This document shows positions 37,157-46,620 of a DNA stretch of 62,701 nt, piece by piece. The notes beneath the pieces were generated by a model. The model was not told the DNA's origin. It saw only the letters and a program-made list of their open reading frames with translations, and did not search any database. The number at the start of each line of letters is the position of its first letter. Within the stretch, counting starts at the first letter, position 1. This stretch comes from Tissierellia bacterium (GTDB taxonomy: Bacteria > Bacillota > Clostridia > Peptostreptococcales > Acidaminobacteraceae): assembly GCA_012799095.1 (NCBI GenBank), contig JAAZLX010000151.1, forward strand, positions 1-62,701, read 5' to 3'. The position numbers and the translations under genes are program-made.

Positions 37157-38437
37157 GTGAGAGTTAAGTTATTACTCAAACAGCATGTTGGCGCACCATC
37201 GAGTCCAATGGTCTCAGTAGGTGACCAGGTCGAACGCGGACAGCGTATTGCCAAACGCGAAGGTCTGGGCGCTAATATACATAGCTCCTTAAGTGGAGAA
37301 GTCGTGGCTGTAACTGATGAGTACATTGAAATTGACGGGGAAAAGACCGACAGTTTTCTGCCTATCGAAGCAAGTGATAATCTGCTGGACATGGTTGAAG
37401 CTGCCGGGATCGTCGGCGCCGGTGGTGCCGGTTTTCCTGCGCATGTCAAGCTGAATATTTCATTGCCCGGTGGTTACATTATAGCCAATGCCGCTGAATG
37501 TGAGCCGGTATTGCATCACAACATAACCATGTTGGAAACAGAACCCGAAAAAGTGATTTCGGGTCTTTTGCATGCCAAGAAAATGATTTCAGCCGAGCAC
37601 GCTTATGTGGCGATCAAAGCCAAATATACTCAGGCAATCAAAGCCATCAAAAAAGTCAAAGATCAAGTTGGTGGTTTTGAACTGAAAATTCTACCCGATA
37701 TGTATCCATCCGGGGATGAGCGCGTCATCGTACGTGAAATCCTGGGCGTGGAACTGGAACCGGGTGCTCTGCCAAGTGTGGCCCATGCTGTGATCCAAAA
37801 TGTTGAAACGCTGAAGCGGATCGCCGAAGCGATCGACGAACGAAAGCCGTTTATCGACAAGGACATGACTGTCGGGGGACGAGTTCGAAATGCCAATTCA
37901 GGAGTGGTCTTCTTAGATCAACCGATTGGACGACGGGTTGTCGAATTGATCGAAGAGTGTGGTGGTTATCAAGAGCCACACGGAGAAATCGTACTGGGGG
38001 GTCCGTTTACCGGTGCCACCGGCGGTGAAGAATCGATCATAACCAAGACGATGGGAGCGGTCCTGGTGGCTATGCCATTTCCGACCGAAAAGTCTAAAAT
38101 GGGCCTGTTGGTCTGTGAATGCGGGGCCAGTGAACAGCGAATGCGCGACATTGCTACCGGTATGGGAGCAGAAATCGTAGCCGTTGAACATTGTAAACGA
38201 ATGACAGAAGTCGGCGGACGTGTCCGCTGTGAACTGCCCGGAGTTTGTCCGGGACAAGCTGAAAAAATATTACTTATGAGAAAAAAAGGTATGGATGCCA
38301 TTCTTGCCGGAACGTGCGGGGACTGAACGAATACTGTGATGACAGTTGCTCCTAGGTTAGGAGTAAAAACATATCATACGACCGATCATGTCCTTCGAGC
38401 TACCGGTGAACGTCTGGTCCGCCGTACCAAAGATTAA
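37157..38437 (+). CDS. prdC: Proline reductase-associated electron transfer protein PrdC (RnfC-like), read through in-frame TGA 38324-38326 as selenocysteine
   Basis: GTG start behind AAAGGAGGTG. RnfC-like motif GIVGAGGAGFPAHVKL. The TGA sits in the context C-G-D-TGA, followed by 36 further open codons ending at a TAA inside the prdA Shine-Dalgarno. The total is 426 aa. Confidence 0.65.
38346..38366 (+). promoter_or_regulatory. Candidate SECIS hairpin for the prdC UGA
   Basis: 8-bp stem TTGCTCCT / AGGAGTAA (one G-U) with apical loop AGGTT. The loop starts 27 nt after the UGA. Confidence 0.45.
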
Positions 38438-38449
38438 GGAGGAAATGAC

Positions 38450-40336
38450 ATGTCGATAACTGCAGAAACCGTTCAGGCACATGCCAATGACCCGGCTGTC
38501 TTATGCTGCCGGACTGAAAAGGGTGTTGTCATCGGTCCCGACCATCTGGAAGATCCCGGTATCTTCGAAGACCTGGTTGATTCAGGACTTCTCGAGATTT
38601 CGGATGATGTACTGACCTTGTCACAGGTCATGGGCGCTACCATGAAAGAAACCGCGGACTCGCTGACACCACTGACACCGGCTTTAGTGGAAGGCTTTGC
38701 CGCAGCTGAAAAAGCTCCGGCCGAAGAGAAAGAAGAAGTTGCTGAAGTAGAACAAACTGCTTCGGTAGTTTCTGCTGCTCCGACCATGACCACCAGCTCA
38801 CCCGGCATGGTCAAGATCCACATTGGAAAAGGCAAAGACATTACCCTTGAATTCCCGCTATCAGTCTCAGGTGCGATTGCCGCAGCTCCGGCTGATGCAG
38901 CTCCCCTGGCCGTTGCCTCGGAAGCACAGCAACCTGAAGCAGTTCAAGCAGCTCCGGCTGTCGGTGAGGCTCGCCTGCTCCGTTCGTTAGTCAAGAAACA
39001 CTATCAAATCGATAAGGTCGAAATGGCTGATGAAACCAAGATTGAAGGAACAACACTATATCTGCGCAAAGACATTACCAAAGGCGCATTTGATGATCAT
39101 GGTCTAGTTAAAAATATTGAAATAGAAATCATCACCAAAGAAGACTATGGTAAATATTCTGAAACCATCATGGACGTTCAGCCCATCGCTACCAAAGAAG
39201 GCGACTCTGTGCTGGGCAGTGGTGTCACCCGGGTCCTCGACGGCGTTATCGTTGTCGTGACCGGAACGGATGAAAATGGGGTTCAGATCGGTGAATTCGG
39301 TTCATCAGAAGGTGAAATGGATCGTAACATTATGTGGAATCGTCCCGGAGCACCGGATCATGGCGAGATCTTCATTAAAGCCCAGGTCACCATTCAAGCC
39401 GGAACCGGTATGGAACGTCGTGGACCATTGGCCGCTCATAAAGCAGTCGACCACGTAACCCAGGAAATCCGCGAAATAATGAAAAAACTGGACGACTCTT
39501 TGGTCGTTGAAGAAGAAGTATTGGAACAATTCCGTCGTCCCGGCAAGAAAAAAGTCGTTATCATCAAAGAAATCATGGGCCAGGGCGCCATGCATGATAA
39601 CTTGATTCTTCCGATGGAGCCGGTGGGTGTACTTGGCGCGAAGCCTAACGTCGATCTGGGGAACCTCCCGGTCGTACTGAGCCCGCTTGAAGTACTTGAT
39701 GGTGGTATCCATGCCTTGACTTGTATTGGCCCTGCCTCGAAGGAAAATAGCCGTCACTACTGGCGTGAACCGCTCGTACTCGAAGCCATGCAAGACGAAG
39801 AACTCGACCTGTGCGGCGTTGTATTTGTCGGATCACCTCAAATCAATAGTGAAAAGTTCTATGTCTCCAACCGTCTCGGTATGACGATTGAAACCATGGA
39901 TGTTGACGGTGCCTTTATTGGAACCGAAGGGTTCGGAAACAACCACATCGACTTCGCCTCTCACCATGAGCAAGTCGGAAGTCGGGGAATTCCGGTCGTC
40001 GGTCTGAGCTATTGTGCTGTTCAAGGCGCATTGGTCACAGGTAACGAGTATATGACAGCCATGATCGATCTCAATAAGAGCAAACAGGGAATTGAAAACG
40101 AGATTCTGGCAAACAACACCTTGTGTCATGAGGATGCTGTCAGGGCGATCGCCATGTTGAAAGCCGTTATGGCCGGTGAAACGATCAAAAAGGCAGAACG
40201 CAAGTGGAATCCGTCCGTCAAAGAACTCAATGTTGACATTATTGAGGATGTTACCGGCAAAACGGTAGAGCTGGTAGATAATGAGCAAGTACTTGAGAAG
40301 AGCAGAAAACGACGCGAAATTTACGAAGTCGAATAA
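38450..40336 (+). CDS. prdA: D-proline reductase proprotein PrdA (pyruvoyl enzyme precursor)
   Basis: 628 aa with an Ala/Pro/Glu-rich linker. The conserved self-cleavage context ...GGIHALT-CIGPASKE has its Cys codon at 39722-39724. Confidence 0.85.
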   Translation: MSITAETVQAHANDPAVLCCRTEKGVVIGPDHLEDPGIFEDLVDSGLLEISDDVLTLSQVMGATMKETADSLTPLTPALVEGFAAAEKAPAEEKEEVAEVEQTASVVSAAPTMTTSSPGMVKIHIGKGKDITLEFPLSVSGAIAAAPADAAPLAVASEAQQPEAVQAAPAVGEARLLRSLVKKHYQIDKVEMADETKIEGTTLYLRKDITKGAFDDHGLVKNIEIEIITKEDYGKYSETIMDVQPIATKEGDSVLGSGVTRVLDGVIVVVTGTDENGVQIGEFGSSEGEMDRNIMWNRPGAPDHGEIFIKAQVTIQAGTGMERRGPLAAHKAVDHVTQEIREIMKKLDDSLVVEEEVLEQFRRPGKKKVVIIKEIMGQGAMHDNLILPMEPVGVLGAKPNVDLGNLPVVLSPLEVLDGGIHALTCIGPASKENSRHYWREPLVLEAMQDEELDLCGVVFVGSPQINSEKFYVSNRLGMTIETMDVDGAFIGTEGFGNNHIDFASHHEQVGSRGIPVVGLSYCAVQGALVTGNEYMTAMIDLNKSKQGIENEILANNTLCHEDAVRAIAMLKAVMAGETIKKAERKWNPSVKELNVDIIEDVTGKTVELVDNEQVLEKSRKRREIYEVE

Positions 40337-40590
40337 TGAACTATCAAGATAAAATCAATTACTTCGAAGGCATTATCACTGAAGTCGATGATTGCAGTGT
40401 CTCGATCGATCTCAAAGGTCGTCTGGGACACATGAAACTGCCTCGTCGCATGGTGATCACCGATTATGAGCTTACGATCGGCCAGGAGGTCGGCTTTCGG
40501 ATGAGTTTTCCCGAAGTCCTCCGAGAAGAGCCGGATGAGCATTATCGAGCCAATATCTTAAAACGATCCAAAAAGGAGGAAGGACAATGA
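40336..40590 (+). CDS. Small conserved-position prd-cluster protein (84 aa), function unknown
   Basis: Overlaps the prdA stop (TAATG) and the prdB start (ATGA). Basic/acidic C-terminal tail. Confidence 0.55.
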   Translation: MNYQDKINYFEGIITEVDDCSVSIDLKGRLGHMKLPRRMVITDYELTIGQEVGFRMSFPEVLREEPDEHYRANILKRSKKEEGQ

Positions 40591-41309
40591 ACTCAGAGTA
40601 TAAAGGGTTGCAATCGGAAATTTTTGTTCCGATCACCCCTCCGCCAGTTTGGGCTCCGGTAACCAAAGAACTAAAAGACATGCGGGTTGCCCTGGCATCA
40701 GCTGCCGGAATTCACTTAAAAACAGACAAACGCTTCAACCTGGCCGGAGATTTTTCGTTCCGGATCATCCCGGGAGATGCCGCAGCTGAAGACATGATGG
40801 TATCTCATGGCGGATATGACAACGGTGACGTCAACAAGGACATCAACTGCATGTTCCCGATCGATCCCCTGCGTCAACTGGTCAAAGAAGGTTACATTAA
40901 GGAAATCGCTCCGGTCCACTTCGGCTTTATGGGCGGCGGCGGAGACCAGGATAAGTTTAAAAACGAAACCGGTCCCGAAATTGCCCGTTTGTTAAAAGAA
41001 GAGAACGTCGACGCCGTCGTTCTCACGGCTGGCTGAGGCACCTGTCATCGCAGTGCTGTTATTGTACAGCGTGCGATCGAGGAATCGGGGATTCCTACTA
41101 TAGTTATTGCTGCTTTACCTCCGGTTGTCCGTCAAAGCGGAACACCGCGAGCTGTTGCTCCTCTTGTGCCGATGGGCGCGAATGCCGGAGCACCGCATGA
41201 CACCGTAATGCAACGGGCGATCGTTCATGATGCCCTGAAGTATCTGGTTGAGATTCCTTCAGCCGGCAAAATCGTTCCACTGCCTTACGAATACGTCGCA
41301 AAAGTTTAA
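40587..41309 (+). CDS. prdB: D-proline reductase selenoprotein PrdB, with TGA 41034-41036 decoded as selenocysteine
   Basis: The track stops at ...VVLTAG. Read-through gives U-GTCHRSAVIVQRAIEESGIPTIVIAALPPV...YEYVAKV and a stop at TAA 41307-41309. The total of 240 aa and the motif TAG-U-GTC match GrdB/PrdB selenoproteins. Confidence 0.85.
41049..41075 (+). promoter_or_regulatory. Candidate SECIS hairpin for the prdB UGA
   Basis: CGCA-GT-GCTGT [TATTGT] ACAGC-G-TGCG, starting 13 nt after the UGA. Confidence 0.45.
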
Positions 41310-41321
41310 CTTGTCAGCTCT

Positions 41322-41343
41322 AGCCGCACCATGCGGTGCGGCT
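41322..41343 (+). other. GC-rich intercistronic hairpin between prdB and prdD
   Basis: 9-bp stem AGCCGCACC / GGTGCGGCT with loop ATGC. Only a delayed, weak T-run (GGTTTTATT) follows. Confidence 0.5.
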
Positions 41344-41368
41344 GGGGTCTGGTTTTATTGGGGGATCG

Positions 41369-42118
41369 ATGAATCAACAATTACGCAAGCTGGTGATCAA
41401 AACCTATCATGTTCAAGACATTGAATGGTCCGACAAGGTAGGATACAACCATCACACACTAAGTCTGCCGAAACGGACTCATGCGGACCTACTCGATCAC
41501 CCGCATGTCAAAAGCCTCGATGTCAGCTTAATTCGTCCCGGGGAGGATAGACAGATTTATTGCATTATGGATATCCTGCCGATCGCGACCAAGGTATTAG
41601 GCCGACTGGGGGATGGCATCACTCACACAATGACCGGGGTTTATGTCATGATCACCGGTGCCGACGAAACGGGTGAATCGGTCCAAAACTTTGGAAGTTC
41701 TGAAGGTTTGTTGTCAGAGCAACTGTATCGTGGCCGAGCCGGGACGCCGGGAGAGAACGACTTGATCATTCATATCGAAGTCCGACTCAAGGCCGGTAGT
41801 CAGATTTTGCGACAGGCGGTCAATGAGGGTCATGCCCAGGCGGACAGATATGTTCAACTGATCCGTGAGATGTTAAAACAGGTCAGCCCAAATGACTATG
41901 ATGAGCGACATACTTTTGTCGATCAGGTCAGGACCGGCAAACCCAAGGTGGCGATCGTCAAGATGGTCGCAGCCCAGGGAACCATGTATGACAACCTGCT
42001 GTTACCGAGAGAGCCGGCCGGCTATGCCGGAGGCAAATCAGTTGTTGACATGGAAGGTGTTCCAGTGATGTTAAGCCCGAATGAATACCGTGACGGCGCA
42101 CTTCGGGCATTGACCTAA
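41369..42118 (+). CDS. prdD: PrdD (paralog of the N-terminal part of PrdA)
   Basis: Aligns by eye with the PrdA central region (DILPIATK, VMITGADETGESVQNFGSSEG, AIVKMVAAQGTMYDNLLLP) and ends ...GALRALT. I chose the ATG at 41369. Confidence 0.8.
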   Translation: MNQQLRKLVIKTYHVQDIEWSDKVGYNHHTLSLPKRTHADLLDHPHVKSLDVSLIRPGEDRQIYCIMDILPIATKVLGRLGDGITHTMTGVYVMITGADETGESVQNFGSSEGLLSEQLYRGRAGTPGENDLIIHIEVRLKAGSQILRQAVNEGHAQADRYVQLIREMLKQVSPNDYDERHTFVDQVRTGKPKVAIVKMVAAQGTMYDNLLLPREPAGYAGGKSVVDMEGVPVMLSPNEYRDGALRALT

Positions 42119-42128
42119 GGAGGACAGT

Positions 42129-42596
42129 ATGGGCGTAGGACCATCAACCAAAGAAACAAGTCTGCACCATTTCCGAGACCCATTGCTCGATCTGTTTCAA
42201 AACGATGAAGACATTGATTTTGTTGGGTTTATCGTATCGGGCACACCACAATCGAATGATGAAAAGGATTATGTTGCCGCCCGAACAGGTGCCTGGCTCG
42301 AAGCAATGCGGGTCGATGGGGTATTGGTGTCGATCGACGGCTGGGGCAACTCCCACGTCGACTTTGCCCAGACGTTTGAGGAAATCGGACGCCGTGGCAT
42401 CCCATCTGTCGGCTTAAGCTTCATTGGGACTCAGGCGAAATTTGTGGTCGAAAACGAGTACATGCAGACAATCGTCGACTTTAACAAATCGAAAGCCGGG
42501 ATAGAAACAACAGTCGTCGGTGAAAATACCGTTGACTCACTCGATGCGCGTAAAGCGCTGGCGTTACTTAAACTCAAAATGAGAGGAAAAAAATGA
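42129..42596 (+). CDS. prdE: PrdE (paralog of the C-terminal part of PrdA)
   Basis: Begins MGVGPSTKETSLHHFRDP, matching PrdA CIGPASKENSRHYWREP. The remainder parallels the PrdA C-terminus. Confidence 0.8.
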   Translation: MGVGPSTKETSLHHFRDPLLDLFQNDEDIDFVGFIVSGTPQSNDEKDYVAARTGAWLEAMRVDGVLVSIDGWGNSHVDFAQTFEEIGRRGIPSVGLSFIGTQAKFVVENEYMQTIVDFNKSKAGIETTVVGENTVDSLDARKALALLKLKMRGKK

Positions 42597-43597
42597 CTTT
42601 TACAAGAAGCATACAGGTGATTGACTCCCACACGGCTGGCGAACCCACTCGTGTAGTAGTCGGCGGTATCCCGCAAATTCCTGGCAATACCATGATTGAA
42701 AAAAAAGAATACTTAATCGAACATCTCGATCACATTCGGACAGCACTGATGCTGGAACCGCGGGGCCATAATGACATGTTTGGTTCCGTATTGACAGCTG
42801 CTGCCAACCCGGAAGCCGATTTCGGCATCATCTTTATGGACGGCGGCGGATATCTCAATATGTGCGGTCATGGTTCCATCGGAGCTGCCACTGTTGCGGT
42901 AGAAACCGGAATCGTACCCATGGTAGAGCCGGAAACGATCGTCAAGATGGACGCACCGGCCGGACTGATCGAAGCCCATGTCAAAGTGGAAAATGGCCGT
43001 GTGACTGAAGTCAGCTTTGTCAATGTCCCGGCATTCCATTATCTCAAAGGTGTTGAGATGGAATTCGGCGAATACGGCAAGTTGAAGTTTGACATTTCAT
43101 TTGGCGGCAGCTTCTTTGCCATTATTGAAGCCAAGCAGATCGGTATTGAAATCAAACCGGAAAATGCTGCTAAATTGAATGAATTCGGCATCGCCTTCCG
43201 CGACAAAATCAATCAGACAATTAAAGTCGAACATCCTCTCCTGCCGGCCATCAATACAGTGGACCTGGTTGAAATCTATGATGAACCGACACATCCCGAC
43301 GCCGATTACAAAAATGTAGTTGTCTTCGGTCAGGGTCAGCTCGACCGTTCACCTTGCGGCACAGGCACATCAGCCAAAATGGCGACCCTGGTATCAAAAG
43401 GCGAATTGGACATGGATACGAAATTCACCTATGAGAGTATCTCCGGAACATTGTTCTTTGGACGGGCTCTCGAGAAGACGACGGTTGGCGAATATGATGC
43501 CATCATTCCGGAAATTACCGGCAGTGCATACATAACCGCTTTTTCACAAATGGTCATTGATGACAATGATCCATTAAAACACGGATTTAAATTATAA
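42593..43597 (+). CDS. prdF: Proline racemase
   Basis: Two catalytic Cys motifs, NMCGHGSIG and DRSPCGTGTSA. ATGA overlap with prdE. Confidence 0.9.
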   Translation: MTFTRSIQVIDSHTAGEPTRVVVGGIPQIPGNTMIEKKEYLIEHLDHIRTALMLEPRGHNDMFGSVLTAAANPEADFGIIFMDGGGYLNMCGHGSIGAATVAVETGIVPMVEPETIVKMDAPAGLIEAHVKVENGRVTEVSFVNVPAFHYLKGVEMEFGEYGKLKFDISFGGSFFAIIEAKQIGIEIKPENAAKLNEFGIAFRDKINQTIKVEHPLLPAINTVDLVEIYDEPTHPDADYKNVVVFGQGQLDRSPCGTGTSAKMATLVSKGELDMDTKFTYESISGTLFFGRALEKTTVGEYDAIIPEITGSAYITAFSQMVIDDNDPLKHGFKL

Positions 43598-43613
43598 AAA
43601 TTTAGGAGGTTCT

Positions 43614-44501
43614 ATGATTACTGCAGTTCTTGGAGCTCTCGGCGCATTAACCGCCTGGTTTGGTGTAGTTTTTGCAAAAGACCTGGTCGAGCACAAAGAC
43701 AATCTCGAAAAAGAAACGAACTTTGTAACATCCGGTATTATTGGTTTCGTGGTTAACTTTTTCGACACACTCGGTATCGGATCATTTGCACCGGCTACCG
43801 CATTACTACGTGGCTTTAAACAAATTCAAGACCGAATTATTCCCGGTACACTCAACGTATCCTGTACTATCCCGGTCGTAACGGAAGCCTTTATCTTTAT
43901 CACAGCGATCGAAGTGGAAACGATCACTCTGGTTTCGATGCTGCTTGCTGCAACCTTAGGCGCTTACTTAGGAGCCGGAATCATTTCCAAGCTCCCCGAA
44001 AGAAGCATCCAGCTGGTCATGGGTGTTGCCCTGTTAGTCGCCGCAGTGATCTTCTTTGCTCAACAAATGGAATGGATGCCGGGTGGTGGCGATGCTATCG
44101 GTCTCAGCGGTATCAAACTGATCATCGGTATTGTCGGTAACTTTATCCTCGGTGCACTGATGACCGCAGGTATTGGTCTGTATGCTCCGAACATGGTTCT
44201 GGTATCTCTACTTGGCATGAGTCCGGCAACTGCATTCCCGATCATGATGGGAAGCTGTGCTTTTTTGATGCCGGTCGCTTCGGTGAAATTCATCCGCGAA
44301 GGTGCATACAACCGTAAAGCTTCCTTAGCCATCACCGTCTTAGGTTTTGTCAGCGTCTTTGTCGCCGCCTACCTGGTCACATCGATGCCGCTGTACTGGC
44401 TCAAATGGCTCGTCACAGTTGTTGTAACATACACCGGTATTACTCTGTTGTATGCTGCCAGCAAGAGCAAAAATGTTCCGGCAAAACCGGAAGACATCTA
44501 A
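43614..44501 (+). CDS. Integral membrane protein, TauE/SafE-like (DUF81) putative transporter; last gene of the prd cluster
   Basis: About 8 hydrophobic segments and Gly-rich helices (FFDTLGIGSFAP). AGGAGG Shine-Dalgarno 16 nt after prdF. Confidence 0.5.
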   Translation: MITAVLGALGALTAWFGVVFAKDLVEHKDNLEKETNFVTSGIIGFVVNFFDTLGIGSFAPATALLRGFKQIQDRIIPGTLNVSCTIPVVTEAFIFITAIEVETITLVSMLLAATLGAYLGAGIISKLPERSIQLVMGVALLVAAVIFFAQQMEWMPGGGDAIGLSGIKLIIGIVGNFILGALMTAGIGLYAPNMVLVSLLGMSPATAFPIMMGSCAFLMPVASVKFIREGAYNRKASLAITVLGFVSVFVAAYLVTSMPLYWLKWLVTVVVTYTGITLLYAASKSKNVPAKPEDI

Positions 44502-44529
44502 AAACACCTTTCAGTAAGTTGTTTCAATC

Positions 44530-44558
44530 GGAAAAAGACCTCTTCGGGGGTCTTTTCC
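44530..44558 (+). terminator. Rho-independent terminator of the prd cluster
   Basis: GGAAAAAGACC-TCTTCGGG-GGTCTTTTCC. Confidence 0.65.
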
Positions 44559-44664
44559 GATTTGGATCAGCTGATCTATTCGGTTGACTTTTTCCGGCCG
44601 GGAAACCCCCCAAAGGCTGTCCCGCTTTGATATAATGGGTATACGATGATAATGGAGGGTTTGA

Positions 44665-46620
44665 ATGAATATAGATAAACGAAGTATTGAAACGATTCGC
44701 TTTTTATCAGTTGATGCAGTCAACCGGGCGAACTCAGGCCACCCCGGACTACCCATGGGGGTAGCGACGATGGCCTATGTTCTGTTTAAAGAGCATTTGA
44801 AATTTAATCCGGCTGATCCCAACTGGCTCGATCGCGACCGGTTTATCCTGTCTGCCGGTCACGGCAGCATGTTACAGTATAGCCTGCTCCATTTGTTTGG
44901 CTATGACCTGAGCATGGAAGAGATCAAGAACTTCCGTCAGCTCGGCTCCAAGACTCCGGGTCATCCGGAATACGGGATCACACCGGGAGTTGAAATGACG
45001 ACCGGACCATTGGGTCAGGGACTGGCCGCTTCGGTTGGTTTTGCTATGGCAGAGGCCCGTTTGGCAGCTGAGTTAAATACAGAAGAAAACAATTTGATCG
45101 ATCATTATACCTATGTCATCGTGGGTGATGGTGATTTGATGGAAGGTGTCAGCTATGAGGCCTGTTCACTGGCAGGACATCTCCGGCTGAACAAGCTGAT
45201 CGTCTTATTTGATTCGAATGAGATCACGATCGACGGACGGACCGATCTGGCCCGGAGCGAAGACATCCAGCAACGCTTCCGATCGATCAACTGGAATACT
45301 ATCCTGGTAGAGGATGGTAATGATTATCAGGCTGTCAATCAGGCGATAAATCAAGCCAAATCAAGTGATAAGCCGACATTGATCGAACTCAAGACGATCA
45401 TCGGTTATGGTTCGATCAATAAAGCCGACTCTTCGGCGGCTCATGGTGCGCCACTGGGAGTGGAAGAAGCCCGCTTGACCAAGCAGGCCTTCGGCTGGGA
45501 TCCGGACAAAGAATTCCATGTTCCGCCACAAGTAGCGGACAACTATGCCACGATCGTAAAACAAAAACAACGGGACTATGACGACTGGATGGAGCGATTC
45601 AATGCCCTGGACAACAAACAGGAAGTCTTAGACCGGCTCAAAACAGAGCCCGGGGAAGGGATGCTCGACGGGCTGTTTTCTGTTGAATCCGTCTCGAAGG
45701 CGACCCGGGTGCATGGCCAGACCATGATCAACGCCCTGTATCCCTATGCCCCATATCTATTTGGCGGCAGTGCCGATCTGGCCGGCAGCAATCTGTCGAC
45801 GATCGATTCCGCCGACTTTTTCTCGGCGGAGAACAGAACCGGAGCCAATGTTCATTTCGGTATCCGTGAATTTGCCATGGCCTGCATCGTAAACGGCATC
45901 ACACTTCATGGCGGATATCGTGCGTTTGGGTCGACCTTTTTAAGTTTTGCTGATTATATGAAACCGGCCATCCGTCTGGCGGCTCTGATGGAAATACCGA
46001 GTGTGTTTATCTTTACGCATGATTCCATCGGTGTCGGCGAAGATGGTCCGACCCATCAACCGATCGAGCAGGCGCTGATGCTGCGCAGTATTCCCGGGAT
46101 GCATGTCTTTCGACCGGCAGACAGTGCAGAGACAGCCATCGCCTATTACCAGGCATTTAGCGGCGATCGCCCGGCATGCATTTTATTGACCAGACAAAAC
46201 CTGCCGGAGCTGAGCCTGAATATGACTGACGGTCTGCGCGGTGGCTATGTTGCCTATGAGACGGGACAACAGCCTGATCTGATCGTGATGGCCAGCGGTT
46301 CCGAGCTATATCTGGCTGTCGAGGCGGCAAAAGCGTTACAAGAAGAGATTCAAATCCGGGTCGTTTCGATGTTGTCGATGGAACTATTTGAACAACAGCC
46401 CGAAGAATATAAAAAGAAGGTCCTGCCGGATGATATCCGGAAGCGGTTTGCGATCGAAGCAGCCAGCAGGAGAAGCTGGGATCGCTACCTCGGACTGGAT
46501 GGAGACAGCTTGACCCTTGACCGGTTCGGTGAATCAGCCCCCGGCAAGGATTTATTTGAACACTTTGGTTTTACGACCGAACAAGTTACTGAACGTATCA
46601 GGAGGTACATGCAAATATGA
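44665..46620 (+). CDS. tkt: Transketolase
   Basis: SGHPGLPMG and GDGDLMEG (ThDP motif), 651 aa. An extended -10 (TGATATAAT, 44628-44636) lies upstream. Confidence 0.9.
   Translation: MNIDKRSIETIRFLSVDAVNRANSGHPGLPMGVATMAYVLFKEHLKFNPADPNWLDRDRFILSAGHGSMLQYSLLHLFGYDLSMEEIKNFRQLGSKTPGHPEYGITPGVEMTTGPLGQGLAASVGFAMAEARLAAELNTEENNLIDHYTYVIVGDGDLMEGVSYEACSLAGHLRLNKLIVLFDSNEITIDGRTDLARSEDIQQRFRSINWNTILVEDGNDYQAVNQAINQAKSSDKPTLIELKTIIGYGSINKADSSAAHGAPLGVEEARLTKQAFGWDPDKEFHVPPQVADNYATIVKQKQRDYDDWMERFNALDNKQEVLDRLKTEPGEGMLDGLFSVESVSKATRVHGQTMINALYPYAPYLFGGSADLAGSNLSTIDSADFFSAENRTGANVHFGIREFAMACIVNGITLHGGYRAFGSTFLSFADYMKPAIRLAALMEIPSVFIFTHDSIGVGEDGPTHQPIEQALMLRSIPGMHVFRPADSAETAIAYYQAFSGDRPACILLTRQNLPELSLNMTDGLRGGYVAYETGQQPDLIVMASGSELYLAVEAAKALQEEIQIRVVSMLSMELFEQQPEEYKKKVLPDDIRKRFAIEAASRRSWDRYLGLDGDSLTLDRFGESAPGKDLFEHFGFTTEQVTERIRRYMQI

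Noticed and set aside
38690-38960. Repetitive-looking GC-rich stretch in prdA
   Set aside because: It encodes an in-frame Ala/Pro/Glu-rich low-complexity linker, not a nucleotide repeat array or a CRISPR.
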